From a virus (taxonomy: Duplodnaviria; Caudoviricetes): 38,812 bases of DNA. The notes beneath the pieces are model-generated. The model was not told where the DNA came from, ran no database searches, and saw only the letters and a program-made list of their open reading frames with translations. Shown piece after piece: positions 1 to 9,576 of the stretch. The position numbers and the translations under genes are program-made. The stretch is from positions 1 through 38,812 of the IMG/VR virus record IMGVR_UViG_3300011335_000266. One strand, 5' to 3'. Positions within the stretch are counted from its first letter, which is position 1, and every line of letters begins with the position of its first letter.

Positions 1-132
1 CCCGCCACCGCCTCCATTACCATCACCCGCACCACCACCACCAGCAACCACAAGGTATTCAACTGTGGATGGTGACCCAGCAAGTGGGTTATAAGTTGCT
101 GAAAGAATGCCACCTAATAAAGTTTGACTCAT
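1..132 (-). CDS. Glycine-rich fibre-like protein, N-terminal part (runs off window edge)
   Basis: Not in ORF track; translated by hand from ATG at 132: MSQTLLGGILSATYNPLAGSPSTVEYLVVAGGGAG...; same VEYLxVAGGG motif as neighbours; GGAG upstream. Confidence 0.8.
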   Translation of the reverse strand, partial: MSQTLLGGILSATYNPLAGSPSTVEYLVVAGGGGAGDGNGGGGG

Positions 133-133
133 T

Positions 134-1825
134 TCAACTCCATTTAATAATTACAATGCCAGAGCCGCCTGCACCGCCTGCTCCGCCGCCAGAGACTCCA
201 CAACCACCGCCTCCACCGCCGCCTGTGTTTACAGTTCCAGCCGTAGCCGCAGTAGCATTCCCTGTTCCAGCACCGCCACCGCCACTACCACCAGCACCGC
301 CAGTTCCTGACCCTAGAGTTGGGCCGCCCGATCCGCCACCACCGCCGCCAGCATAAGTAGCACCGCCTAAGTTTGCACTTGCCGCAGTACCCGCACCGCC
401 TACACCGCCACCAGTACCCTGTCCAGTTTGACCAGTAGCACTAGCACCGCCTCCACCGCCTCCAGCATATGGATAGTTGCCAGCACCATATCCAGCACCG
501 CCATTACTACCCTGACTTGGTGATGTTGATGGTGTATTTCCTGTTCCATAGTTATTTGGGAAGTAGCCCTCAGAACCACCGCCTGAACCACCATTGCCAC
601 CAACAACACTTTGCAGTCCACCTTTACCACCACCTGTAGCAGTAATTGAACTAAATACAGAATCGCCACCATTGGTGTTTGCTGTTGTTCCGCCGGTACC
701 GCCAGCGCCTATGGTAATTGTGTACGCAGTTCCTGCTGTTACAGAAAAACCTGTTGCTGTTCTAAATCCACCAGCGCCAGCACCGCCCATACCAGTGTTA
801 TTGCCATTATTTCCGCCCCCACCTCCGCCAGCAACTACCAAATATTCAACTTGCGTAGCACCCGCTGGGGCAACCCAAACGCCAGACTGACGGAAATAAA
901 CTGTGTTTACAGAAGCAGGTGTAGTTGGCGTAGTTGGAGCCAAAGTCCCTGATGCTGTGAATGTGTGAATTACATATCCGTTGTATGTGGTAACAGTGCC
1001 GCCAGTGTAAAACTGCACAGAGCCGGGGTATCTGACTATTACGATGCCTGAACCGCCTGAACCTGCGGTTGATGTTTGACTATTTCCACCGCCACCGCCC
1101 CCTGTATTTGCAGTTCCAGAAGTAGCCGCAGAGCCATTAGACCCACCATTACCACCACCACCTACGCCTCCTGTGCCACCATTAGCGTAATATCCACCTC
1201 CCGCACCACCACCAGCATATGTGGTGGCTGTGCCACTTATTGCGCTTGCAACTCCTGCACCGCCAGCACCGCCAGCGGCACTTGTACCAAGAGTTCCATT
1301 TGAGGGTAAAGGGTTTAGTCCAACACTTCCAGCACCCCCACCACCACCAGCGGCAAGTCCATCAGCAGGAGAATTGCCACCACCAGCATTACCTTGACCA
1401 ACAATTCCATTACCGGGAGGCCAACCAGTAGTTGTATTTGCTCCACTTCCGCCACCACCAGAACCACCATTTAAACCTACGCCTGTGCCAACAGCATTGT
1501 CATAAGACCCACCGCCGCCGCCACCTGTTGAGGTAATAGGGCCAAAGACTGAATTAACACCAGATGTACCCGCACCATTACCACTTTGACCAGCGCCCCC
1601 AGCACCAACAGTAACTGTATAAGAAGCACCAGCCGTAACGGGAACCATACCAGTCAATAAACCACCAGCACCCCCACCGGGGCAAGAAGCGCCATTTTGT
1701 CTAGCCCCACCTCCACCACCAGCAACGCAAAGATACTCTACAAAAGTAGGCGCATAAGTTCCTGACCATGCGTTTTGACGAATAGCTTGGTTAACTTGCT
1801 TGAGGGTAAAAAGACCTTGTGCCAT
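134..1825 (-). CDS. Glycine-rich tail fibre-like virion protein with two tandem Gly-rich modules
   Basis: Two modules each starting VEYLxVAGGGGG and ending GGSGIVI; located in the structural arm. Confidence 0.75.
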   Translation of the reverse strand: MAQGLFTLKQVNQAIRQNAWSGTYAPTFVEYLCVAGGGGGARQNGASCPGGGAGGLLTGMVPVTAGASYTVTVGAGGAGQSGNGAGTSGVNSVFGPITSTGGGGGGSYDNAVGTGVGLNGGSGGGGSGANTTTGWPPGNGIVGQGNAGGGNSPADGLAAGGGGGAGSVGLNPLPSNGTLGTSAAGGAGGAGVASAISGTATTYAGGGAGGGYYANGGTGGVGGGGNGGSNGSAATSGTANTGGGGGGNSQTSTAGSGGSGIVIVRYPGSVQFYTGGTVTTYNGYVIHTFTASGTLAPTTPTTPASVNTVYFRQSGVWVAPAGATQVEYLVVAGGGGGGNNGNNTGMGGAGAGGFRTATGFSVTAGTAYTITIGAGGTGGTTANTNGGDSVFSSITATGGGKGGLQSVVGGNGGSGGGSEGYFPNNYGTGNTPSTSPSQGSNGGAGYGAGNYPYAGGGGGGASATGQTGQGTGGGVGGAGTAASANLGGATYAGGGGGGSGGPTLGSGTGGAGGSGGGGAGTGNATAATAGTVNTGGGGGGGCGVSGGGAGGAGGSGIVIIKWS

Positions 1826-1831
1826 ATATCC

Positions 1832-2737
1832 TCAGAATGTAATTGTTCCAGATGCAACAAACTTGTATACACGCCATGCGCCAGCAATGTATGTTTCTGG
1901 TGATCCAGTTGTTGATGTAGCAGGCGCTAAATAAGATGGGTAACGAAGAATGACAACGCCCGAACCACCCGCACCGCCAGTGTTATTTCTTGCGCCACCG
2001 CCACCGCCACCGCCTGTGTTAGCTAAACCAGTGGTTCCAACTTCTACCAATGTTGGAAAGCCGCCGCCGCCATTTCCACCACCACCAGCGCCACCAAGAC
2101 CTTGGACATTTCCACCATAAGCAAGCGCATTACCTTCCGTCCCACCGCCACCTCCGCCAGCATAAAACACTTGTGCGCCTGAAATAGAAGAAGCTATTCC
2201 AGCACCGCCAGCGCGACCAAGATTACTGGTGCTAAATGACAATCCTACAGAACCAGCGCCGCCTCCACCACCAGCGCAAGACTGGCTTGCACCACTCCCA
2301 CTACCTCCAGAATTTCCTTGTCCAGAAGTTCCTGCGCCTCCCGAATACCCTGCCGCCGCACCGCCACCGCCAGAGCCACCGGCTCTACCGGGGCCATAAG
2401 TTCCGCCAGAACCACCACCGCCGCCACCGCCGCCTGTTGTGGTAATACTTCCAAAAACAGAATTTGATCCGTCTGTACCAATGCCCGTAGAACTAGCCGC
2501 TCCGCCAGCACCACCAGCGCCAATAGTTACTGTAATACTTGATCCAATAGTTATAGCGTAGCCAGTAGCATTTAATAAACCGCCCGCGCCGCCTCCACCA
2601 CCACCGTAACTATTAGTATTTGGTACACCGCCACCACCACCCCCGCCAGCCACACATAAGTATTCCACCGATGTGACAGGGTAGTTAATGCCGTTTAAAC
2701 CGGCTGAGAGAATCCCGCCAACTTTTCCAAGAGACAT
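1832..2737 (-). CDS. Glycine-rich tail fibre-like virion protein (one module)
   Basis: VEYLCVAGGGGG ... GGSGVVILRY ... YKFVASGTITF; paralogous to 134-1825. Confidence 0.75.
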   Translation of the reverse strand: MSLGKVGGILSAGLNGINYPVTSVEYLCVAGGGGGGGVPNTNSYGGGGGGAGGLLNATGYAITIGSSITVTIGAGGAGGAASSTGIGTDGSNSVFGSITTTGGGGGGGGSGGTYGPGRAGGSGGGGAAAGYSGGAGTSGQGNSGGSGSGASQSCAGGGGGAGSVGLSFSTSNLGRAGGAGIASSISGAQVFYAGGGGGGTEGNALAYGGNVQGLGGAGGGGNGGGGFPTLVEVGTTGLANTGGGGGGGARNNTGGAGGSGVVILRYPSYLAPATSTTGSPETYIAGAWRVYKFVASGTITF

Positions 2738-2749
2738 GGTTGCCTCCGA

Positions 2750-3145
2750 TTAGGAAATAATTTCGTATGAGATTGTGTAAGCAATGCCGCTGGCTGTGCC
2801 AGATGTCACCGTAATGGATTGACCTTCCATTAAATAAATTGCCGTGGTTTTATCCGCAACAATTAACGAAGCATCAGGCGGTACAGATACTGTAGAAGCA
2901 ATCGGGTACGCTGTACCGCCGCTAGGCGCGGAGCCTTGGGCTACCGCACCATTTGAATAAATAGACACCGTGGTATCCACAGCGCTTGTACCATTTACAT
3001 TAGCGGCAACAATCTGATTGATCTTGTAAACCGCCGCAGATGTTGCTGTGTTGTTAAGCAAAACAACAGCCGTAGTTGCTGATGGTGTTAGATAAGTAGT
3101 TGTGCCAATGATGCTTGAGGCGGCGGCAATGTTAACTGTGGTCAT
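2750..3145 (-). CDS. Putative virion structural protein (beta-rich)
   Basis: 131 aa, Thr/Ala/Val-rich, AAGGA RBS, between tail genes. Confidence 0.6.
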   Translation of the reverse strand: MTTVNIAAASSIIGTTTYLTPSATTAVVLLNNTATSAAVYKINQIVAANVNGTSAVDTTVSIYSNGAVAQGSAPSGGTAYPIASTVSVPPDASLIVADKTTAIYLMEGQSITVTSGTASGIAYTISYEIIS

Positions 3146-3154
3146 GTTAAGTCC

Positions 3155-3766
3155 TTAAAGTCCAAATACGATTGAAAAAGCTATTGCATTTCCTTTTGTA
3201 GCAATAGTGCCCGATGTCGGCATCGTGACTGAAGTTGCGCCGGTAAGGGTTAGCGTTGTAGCATAGTTACCTGAAATTGTAAGTGTGCTGGCTGCGTTGT
3301 TTGCAACGCCTGTGCCGCCGTTGGCTGGGCCAACAATACCAGACACTGCACTAGATGCCACCTTGACGTAGTCCGTGCCGTTGTAATATACAAAGCACTT
3401 TTCGCCTACCGCAATCGACACGCCCGTCTGACCCGCTGCTTTGAAAGTCACTGCGCTTGTAGCGCCTGCGTGATCCACCATGTACAGTTTGCTGTAGCTG
3501 GGGCCTGTAATAACTTTAACTACTGACTGCGTACCGGTGATACGGATAACTGCGTACTGCGCTGTAGTTGAGCCAATATTTGAAGCAGAAGCGCTACCAA
3601 TAGTATTCGCCAGAGTAATCGCACCGTCACCTGCAAAAGATAAAGTGCCCGCAATAGCGATATTGACGTACTCAGTAATACCGTTGTTTACTGTGTCGCC
3701 CCACGTACCAGAAAGCGTACCCTGCGTCGGGGTAAGTAGCTGTAGTTGTCCTGTTTCTGCTGCCAT
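3155..3766 (-). CDS. Putative tail fibre/tail structural protein
   Basis: 203 aa, N-terminal GTWGDTVN motif, Thr/Gly-rich, AAGGA RBS. Confidence 0.6.
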   Translation of the reverse strand: MAAETGQLQLLTPTQGTLSGTWGDTVNNGITEYVNIAIAGTLSFAGDGAITLANTIGSASASNIGSTTAQYAVIRITGTQSVVKVITGPSYSKLYMVDHAGATSAVTFKAAGQTGVSIAVGEKCFVYYNGTDYVKVASSAVSGIVGPANGGTGVANNAASTLTISGNYATTLTLTGATSVTMPTSGTIATKGNAIAFSIVFGL

Positions 3767-3775
3767 GTTCGTTCC

Positions 3776-4624
3776 TTACGAAGTGTTTATATTTTGCCAA
3801 GTTGTTGACTGTTTGTCATCAATTAATTGCCAAGTATTTGATTGCTTGTCGTTAATCAACTTCCAGTACACAGCCACTACATCCCCAACATTACCCGTCG
3901 CTCCATTACCTGTCAAAGCAAGCGTCCTAGGCGTGCCCAAGTTACCCACCGCACCTGTAGCGGCAACACCAGACAAACTAGCTTGTATCGTATACGAAAC
4001 CGTACCAACATAAGCCTGCGCTTGGTTAGAGTTTAGCGGCACAATCGGCCCACTAACTTCACCCTGCGCGTAGTTACCTGTCAGCCCAGAACTACGTGTA
4101 ACACCAAAAGTTCCAACACTACCTACCGCTGGCGTTCCAGTTAAAGCCACATCAAAAGCATCGCCCGGTGAACTTAGAGCACCTGAAGAAGTGTTGCCCG
4201 TCAGCTCAATCGAACGCGCCCCCAACGCCACAGTCCCAACCGCACCACTAGCAGACACGCCAGTAATTGCAAACCCACGCTCAAACCCTACAGTTCCTAC
4301 TTCTCCGTTAGACGACACCCCAGTAATTGGGAACGCCCGTTCATAACTAAAAGTACCTACTGAACCAACTGCGCCAACCCCAGTAAGCGTAAAACCATAA
4401 CCAAACCCAACCGTACCAACTGAACCTGTAGCGCCAACACCCGTAATCCCGTACGAATACTCAACGCCCAAACCAGCGCCGCCCCATGCCCCCGAACCCC
4501 AAGTATCGTAACCCCACCCCGTACCTACAAGGCCGGAGGCGGAGACACCTGTAAGGGCTATAGCAACGTCATTGGAACCCCACGCGCCGTCGCCCCATGC
4601 TTGGGAACCCCATGCGCTAGCCAT
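3776..4624 (-). CDS. Repetitive virion protein (WG repeats plus TGVxAxGxVG repeats)
   Basis: N-terminal WGxxxWG repeats followed by many (I/L)TGVxAxGxVGT units. Confidence 0.65.
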   Translation of the reverse strand: MASAWGSQAWGDGAWGSNDVAIALTGVSASGLVGTGWGYDTWGSGAWGGAGLGVEYSYGITGVGATGSVGTVGFGYGFTLTGVGAVGSVGTFSYERAFPITGVSSNGEVGTVGFERGFAITGVSASGAVGTVALGARSIELTGNTSSGALSSPGDAFDVALTGTPAVGSVGTFGVTRSSGLTGNYAQGEVSGPIVPLNSNQAQAYVGTVSYTIQASLSGVAATGAVGNLGTPRTLALTGNGATGNVGDVVAVYWKLINDKQSNTWQLIDDKQSTTWQNINTS

Positions 4625-4634
4625 AGCTTACCCT

Positions 4635-5111
4635 TTAGGTTGTAGCGATACGCAACAACGCAGCAGCAGTGGTATTAGCAGGCATAGTCAATGTAAATGT
4701 ACCAGCGGTAATTGTTTGCGCACCGAAGGTATGAACGCTGACAGCCTTATTACTCTGAGTAGAGTTATAAATAAACACTGTATCAAACGCAGTTGTCAAA
4801 GTCACGGTTGTGTACGTGATCGAAGCTGAAGGTGTCCAGTAAGCTGTACCGGCAGTGGCCGATGTATTAGAAGCCAAAGGCGCGGTAGCATTAGTTACCG
4901 TTACGCCGCCAGCCGTGTATCCTGTACCACTTACTTCACCAGTAGCGGAGTAAACAGTAGTTGACGCATTCAACGTAGCAGACTGCAAATACAGAGCTGC
5001 TTTAAACGTGTCCGCAGTAGTAGCAGCGCGGATAGGCGCTACACCAAAATTGTGAGTTGCAGTAAGAACTTCGCCTAAGAACGAAGTGCACATTGCTTGG
5101 GTATTAGCCAT
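4635..5111 (-). CDS. Virion structural protein, paralogue of 5309-5728
   Basis: Shares TSF, KxALY, LNxxTTVYS and YxAGG motifs with 5309-5728. Confidence 0.65.
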   Translation of the reverse strand: MANTQAMCTSFLGEVLTATHNFGVAPIRAATTADTFKAALYLQSATLNASTTVYSATGEVSGTGYTAGGVTVTNATAPLASNTSATAGTAYWTPSASITYTTVTLTTAFDTVFIYNSTQSNKAVSVHTFGAQTITAGTFTLTMPANTTAAALLRIATT

Positions 5112-5120
5112 GATGGTTCC

Positions 5121-5312
5121 TTATGTAAGAGATGCTGCTTCAGCAACAATTGGGGGCATTTTCTTCAGAGTTACGTGGACTGAACGGTGAACTAACTCGC
5201 TATCCAACCAATACTCCACCCAAGTGGTGTACTCGTCCTCATTATCGACCATCCCCTCTTTTTTCTCAAGCAGGGAATCGTCCATATCACCTTTGGTTGT
5301 AGTAACAATCAA
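5121..5312 (-). CDS. Hypothetical protein
   Basis: 63 aa, GAGG RBS, 4-nt overlap with upstream stop. Confidence 0.7.
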   Translation of the reverse strand: MIVTTTKGDMDDSLLEKKEGMVDNEDEYTTWVEYWLDSELVHRSVHVTLKKMPPIVAEAASLT

Positions 5313-5728
5313 TTTGAACTCCTAATCAACGAAGTGGTTGGGCCGTTAGTTGGCATTGTGATGGTAAACGTAGTTGTAGAAGTTTTGTCCGAACCAAAGT
5401 CCAGCACGGCAACGGATTTATTACCCTGCGTAACGTTGTAAATCAAAGCGCATCTTGCGGTGATTGCGCCTGTCCAAGATACATTAGGGAAACTTACATA
5501 CGCCGTATAACCAGAAGTGCTAACTGTGATTGGCGTCAATTGTGAGCCACCAGCCGCGTACGTACCTGTAGCCGCCACTTCATCAGTTGTACTGTAGACA
5601 GTTGTATCTTCATTCAGATTAGCATTAGCTGTGTACAAAGCAATCTTTATAACGTCAGTTGTCAGGTCGTGAATACCTTGATACAACTGCGCTTTGAAGC
5701 TGGTAGTTTGCGTCTGAATAATCGACAT
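5309..5728 (-). CDS. Virion structural protein, paralogue of 4635-5111
   Basis: Motifs shared with 4635-5111; tightly packed in operon. Confidence 0.65.
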   Translation of the reverse strand: MSIIQTQTTSFKAQLYQGIHDLTTDVIKIALYTANANLNEDTTVYSTTDEVAATGTYAAGGSQLTPITVSTSGYTAYVSFPNVSWTGAITARCALIYNVTQGNKSVAVLDFGSDKTSTTTFTITMPTNGPTTSLIRSSN

Positions 5729-5729
5729 A

Positions 5730-6404
5730 TCAAGTTACCTTCTGACGGAACTGGCCAGAACGGTAAGCGTCTTGACGCTCCATACCATCGCCCAAACGTT
5801 TTGCCAATGCAAGTGCTTCCATGAACTTCTGGTTGTACAACTGCATCATGTCCTGCTCACCCTTCATGTAGGTGTAAGCCTCAACCAAAGATGCGTATAA
5901 AAGCACTGAGTCAAAGTTGTCGCCCAACCATGTCTGACCGTCAGCGGCTGTTGTAATGGACTCTGGGTAATAGTAATAATGCAGTTCTACGCCATAGTTT
6001 GCATCAGCTTTGGGGCCAAGTATGAACGAAAGCTCGTCATAGATCGTAGAACTTAATACCGTTGGGCCAAACAAAGCGTAATACTTAGGCATACCTGTAT
6101 CCGTATTTGGATTAGGAAACGCTTGACGAATAAAGTTAACGTCTTTGTTAAGCAAATATTCGTAGTTGCCGTTGGCGTCAATAACTGCCATTGAATAGAC
6201 AGCTAAGAAATCAAGCGGGCAGTCCAAGTATTGTGTATTAACAGCAATTGTGCTGGTTACGTTCTTACGAATAGACGGAAACTGTACCGTGTTGTAAATA
6301 CGCTGCTCAGCCTGCGTAACGAACACGGGGATATTAGCCACGAAATCTGCTTCCGTGTTCTCCGTGTACGCTTGAATCGCGTTGCTGAGTTGCGTATAGT
6401 TCAT
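5730..6404 (-). CDS. Head-tail adaptor / tail tubular-like protein
   Basis: 224 aa; MNYxxL..AEQRI start, GxPKYYA and LLYASLVEAY motifs typical of phage adaptor proteins. Confidence 0.6.
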   Translation of the reverse strand: MNYTQLSNAIQAYTENTEADFVANIPVFVTQAEQRIYNTVQFPSIRKNVTSTIAVNTQYLDCPLDFLAVYSMAVIDANGNYEYLLNKDVNFIRQAFPNPNTDTGMPKYYALFGPTVLSSTIYDELSFILGPKADANYGVELHYYYYPESITTAADGQTWLGDNFDSVLLYASLVEAYTYMKGEQDMMQLYNQKFMEALALAKRLGDGMERQDAYRSGQFRQKVT

Positions 6405-6661
6405 GCCATTGGGCCTCTAGACATCAGACCTTTAGTAGCCGCGCCTGTACCGCGCATCTTGATACCAGATGTTTTAGTTTCACTTTGACCGTTGTTGTAG
6501 TTACCAACACTCATCTTCATGGTTGTGGTGCTGCTAATGTCTGAAGGTTTGCCGGGGTTAGTCGACATCTTCACGGCTTTGCCATTCATTTTGTGCGGTG
6601 CAGCATAAGTAGCGGCATCGCCAACTTCTTTACCCATAACTTTTTTGCTAAATTTGGCCAT
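6401..6661 (-). CDS. Small basic Lys/Met/Gly-rich protein
   Basis: 86 aa, C-terminal RGTGAATKG motif; coupled to neighbours. Confidence 0.7.
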   Translation of the reverse strand: MAKFSKKVMGKEVGDAATYAAPHKMNGKAVKMSTNPGKPSDISSTTTMKMSVGNYNNGQSETKTSGIKMRGTGAATKGLMSRGPMA

Positions 6662-6663
6662 GA

Positions 6664-6849
6664 TTAACCTTTAGTTTGGTTTGCTACGCGAGCCATATTG
6701 CGACCGACTTTCATCATCGCTTCGCTGGTCACGCCAGAAGACTTTTTACCGCCTCTGGGGTTTGGTGCTGTGGGGCCGCTATTAGGGAAGATTTGAACAT
6801 CTGTCTTACCTTTTTTAGCGACGCCGTCTGCTGCTTTTTTAAATCCCAT
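6664..6849 (-). CDS. Small basic protein
   Basis: 61 aa, AGGAG RBS, ADGVAKKGKT motif. Confidence 0.7.
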   Translation of the reverse strand: MGFKKAADGVAKKGKTDVQIFPNSGPTAPNPRGGKKSSGVTSEAMMKVGRNMARVANQTKG

Positions 6850-6858
6850 TTTAATCTC

Positions 6859-7287
6859 CTAAGTAACTGTTACCGTAACTGTACCAACATAAGTCGTTGC
6901 CACCAAGTAGTTTGGTGTTAAAGACGCATCAAAATTACTCGATCCACCAACTGGAGCCCAGCCCCATTGAATATCCCGAGAACCACCTGTTACAAAACCA
7001 GCAGCATCTGGGGCATTACTGGTCGAGTTAACTGTTTGCAATCCGTTTGTACCGGCAGTGTAGTAAGTCGTATCTCTACGTGGGTTACGCACAGCCTGTG
7101 GGTCGTCAACTGGATACATACCTAGCAACAACTGCGGCTGATCTGGATCCCAGCACTCAGGACAAACAAGCAGATTGTAAATCTTAGTCTTCTGAATCTC
7201 TTTACGAAGCGCCGTTAATTTGAACTGGAAGCCACAGCGATCGCACATGGCGATACTGTTCTTACCGGAAGCAAACCTATTGCCCAT
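6859..7287 (-). CDS. Hypothetical protein with CxxC...CxxC zinc-binding motif
   Basis: CDRC and CPEC pairs followed by DPQAVRNPR. Confidence 0.7.
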   Translation of the reverse strand: MGNRFASGKNSIAMCDRCGFQFKLTALRKEIQKTKIYNLLVCPECWDPDQPQLLLGMYPVDDPQAVRNPRRDTTYYTAGTNGLQTVNSTSNAPDAAGFVTGGSRDIQWGWAPVGGSSNFDASLTPNYLVATTYVGTVTVTVT

Positions 7288-8217
7288 TTACGTACCGCTT
7301 CCAATAAACATTTGCCTCGGTACAAACCGCAAAGAAGCGTGTTCTTGATCTTCGCCAGCCGCTAACTGCCAAGCTTCGTCATATTGAGCTTTGAGGACGT
7401 CTAAACGCCCCGCCCCTTCTGGAACTTTTAACGCCAAATAGTAGGCGAGTCCAGCAACCAAGCAGGGCAAGAAACGGAAAGGTACATCCATAGTCCGAGT
7501 GCCGCCACCTGCGTCATCAATACGGCGCATACGCCAGTAAACGAATTGGTAGGTTTGTGATCCATCGGGAGTCGGCCAAACAGTTACGGATGGCAAGTTT
7601 TGTGAGTAAACAGCGGCGGCAGTTGAGTGCGCCACTGCGGTTGTATTATTTTGACCACGGAAGCAGTTCATCAACTGATTACCGCTGATATAGCCATATT
7701 GCACAGTCTCGTTTTCAATCAAAACAAAGCCTGTAGTAGCCAAACCTACAACAGAAGTCAGCGTAATCGTAGTGTCTGTTGCAGAAATACCACCATTTAA
7801 TGTAGTCCCTACGGACGATGTTTGCCCGTCTAAACGCTGAAACCACACCTGAATTGGGCGGGCTTGCTGCATCTTATTGGGGATAGTCGCATAGGTAGAA
7901 ACACTAATACGGGTAATTGTTAAGTCAGACTGCGTGGAAGAGTTACCCGCGCCCGTACGGATTACATGTTCTAGCAAATCCACAGTGTCGTTTGGTAGCG
8001 CGTAAGTTGCCAAACCCTGAGTAAAGGTAAGCGTCCCCTGCTCAAACGTCCACATGTTAATGCCACGGTTTGCCCAGTCAGCAAACAACAGATTCAATGA
8101 ACGACGGGCAGTACGTAAGTCGTAGCCCGTGCGAAGCTCGGAGCCCGCACGCTCAAACGCTTCCTCAACAATCTCATTGAGGTCAAGATTAAACGCTGCA
8201 ACTCCAGAAGTAGTCAT
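7288..8217 (-). CDS. Head-closure / tail adaptor-like virion protein
   Basis: 309 aa; IVEEAFERAG..ARRSLNLL N-terminus and PCLVAGLAYYLA C-terminus with a beta-rich insert. Confidence 0.55.
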   Translation of the reverse strand: MTTSGVAAFNLDLNEIVEEAFERAGSELRTGYDLRTARRSLNLLFADWANRGINMWTFEQGTLTFTQGLATYALPNDTVDLLEHVIRTGAGNSSTQSDLTITRISVSTYATIPNKMQQARPIQVWFQRLDGQTSSVGTTLNGGISATDTTITLTSVVGLATTGFVLIENETVQYGYISGNQLMNCFRGQNNTTAVAHSTAAAVYSQNLPSVTVWPTPDGSQTYQFVYWRMRRIDDAGGGTRTMDVPFRFLPCLVAGLAYYLALKVPEGAGRLDVLKAQYDEAWQLAAGEDQEHASLRFVPRQMFIGSGT

Positions 8218-8447
8218 CTAAATCCCGCCGTTTTCTTTGCAATTGTTTTTGGTTGCGCTACAAACTGCTTTCCGGCTTTTTTGCCAGCACGCTTTGCACG
8301 TGTTGTAGCGGCATATTCTGATGGTGACAAAGACTTAATAGCTGCTTCGGGCAAGTATCTCTCCCCCGTCTTACTTGACGGTTTACCAGACTTAGTGCGC
8401 CATTTCTGGTCGCCCCAGTCTTTGAGAGACTTTTGCGGAGCTTTCAA
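8214..8447 (-). CDS. Small basic protein, DUF5872-like C-terminal half
   Basis: SLKDWGDQKWRT..GERYLP..KQFV motifs; family recalled from memory. Confidence 0.55.
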   Translation of the reverse strand: MKAPQKSLKDWGDQKWRTKSGKPSSKTGERYLPEAAIKSLSPSEYAATTRAKRAGKKAGKQFVAQPKTIAKKTAGFR

Positions 8448-8719
8448 TCTCTATACCCCCCACCAGAAGCTTTGTATTTTTTAGCAACAAGCTGAGCCTT
8501 GCGTGCTGACCATTGTCCTGCGCCCGTACCTTGGGTAGCTGCGGCCTTTACCTGAGACACAATCCGCTTACGCAGGCCGGGTTTAGTGTAATTGCCAGCC
8601 GCATTTACTTTGCCGCCTTCGGCGTATTGCGTGAAGTCCGTGTCATCCCGACGGGCTTTTCTTTTCCCTTTGGGCATCTTGCTTGGGGATATGGCCCCCA
8701 TGCCACGACTAGCAATCAT
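8444..8719 (-). CDS. Small basic protein, DUF5872-like N-terminal half
   Basis: YTKPGLRKRI..GQWSARKAQL..GGGYR motif; family recalled from memory. Confidence 0.55.
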   Translation of the reverse strand: MIASRGMGAISPSKMPKGKRKARRDDTDFTQYAEGGKVNAAGNYTKPGLRKRIVSQVKAAATQGTGAGQWSARKAQLVAKKYKASGGGYRD

Positions 8720-8722
8720 GAC

Positions 8723-9337
8723 TTAGCACATCTTTCCACGGGTTTTACCCTTAACGGCAATGCCATCAGCACGGCGGGAGGCGGTCATACCACCGGAGGC
8801 CATCTTTGTAACAGGCTTCATACCTGCGGGCTTACCTTTCTTAGAGAACGACATGAACTTAGCAGTCATGCCGCCTTTTTTCATGCCATCGCCTTTGTAG
8901 TTCTCTTCGTCTTTGCCGGAATAAGCTTTACGTTCTTTATCTTCGGCTTCAGTTTCACGCCGATAGTTATCAACTTCTTCCTCGTCTAAACGAGCCTTAG
9001 CATCTTTGGATAACTCAACTTTATCGCGTCGGTTTGCTACTTTTTCAGCGGCATCACCAAGGCCAGACTTATCAACCATCTTTTTACCAAGACCAGTCTT
9101 TTCGTCAATTTTACGGCCAACCCCGTAACCAATTTCAAACATAACTTGACCAGCACCAGCGCGACCAACGTTACGATTTTCAGCACGGCGACCAGCTTCA
9201 CGAACAGCGTCTTTAGCGCCGCCAGTAAGCTTAGAAGAGTCTACGTTACGGCCCTTTTTGCCTTTTTGAAAATCTTCTCTGACGCGATCAAGAACGTCGT
9301 CATTGAGTCCGGGTAGGTTGTCCCATCTTGTAGCCAT
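8723..9337 (-). CDS. Charged hypothetical protein, possible internal virion protein
   Basis: 204 aa ending RRADGIAVKGKTRGKMC. Confidence 0.65.
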   Translation of the reverse strand: MATRWDNLPGLNDDVLDRVREDFQKGKKGRNVDSSKLTGGAKDAVREAGRRAENRNVGRAGAGQVMFEIGYGVGRKIDEKTGLGKKMVDKSGLGDAAEKVANRRDKVELSKDAKARLDEEEVDNYRRETEAEDKERKAYSGKDEENYKGDGMKKGGMTAKFMSFSKKGKPAGMKPVTKMASGGMTASRRADGIAVKGKTRGKMC

Positions 9338-9339
9338 AG

Positions 9340-9567
9340 TTACACCATCTTTCCGCGAGTTTTACCTTTGGTGCAGCAGCCATCGGCACGGCTAGAAGCT
9401 GAACCGCCCTTGGCGTAACCTTTTTGCCCACGAACAGCGTCGCGTGGATCTTTCTTTTTGGGCGCTTCTTCCGTGCTAGTTAAAGACTCGGAGTAAGCTT
9501 TTTCAGTGGCTGCGTTCATTTTGCGCTCGGCCATCTCTTCCCGCGCTGCTTTTTCTGCTGGGCTCAT
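9340..9567 (-). CDS. Small charged protein, possible internal virion protein
   Basis: 75 aa ending SRADGCCTKGKTRGKMV; AAGGAG RBS. Confidence 0.65.
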   Translation of the reverse strand: MSPAEKAAREEMAERKMNAATEKAYSESLTSTEEAPKKKDPRDAVRGQKGYAKGGSASSRADGCCTKGKTRGKMV

Positions 9568-9576
9568 ATTAACTCC

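Noticed and set aside
69-2445. Proline-rich and His/Arg-rich plus-strand ORFs
   Set aside because: Antisense shadows of GGN codons in the glycine-rich genes
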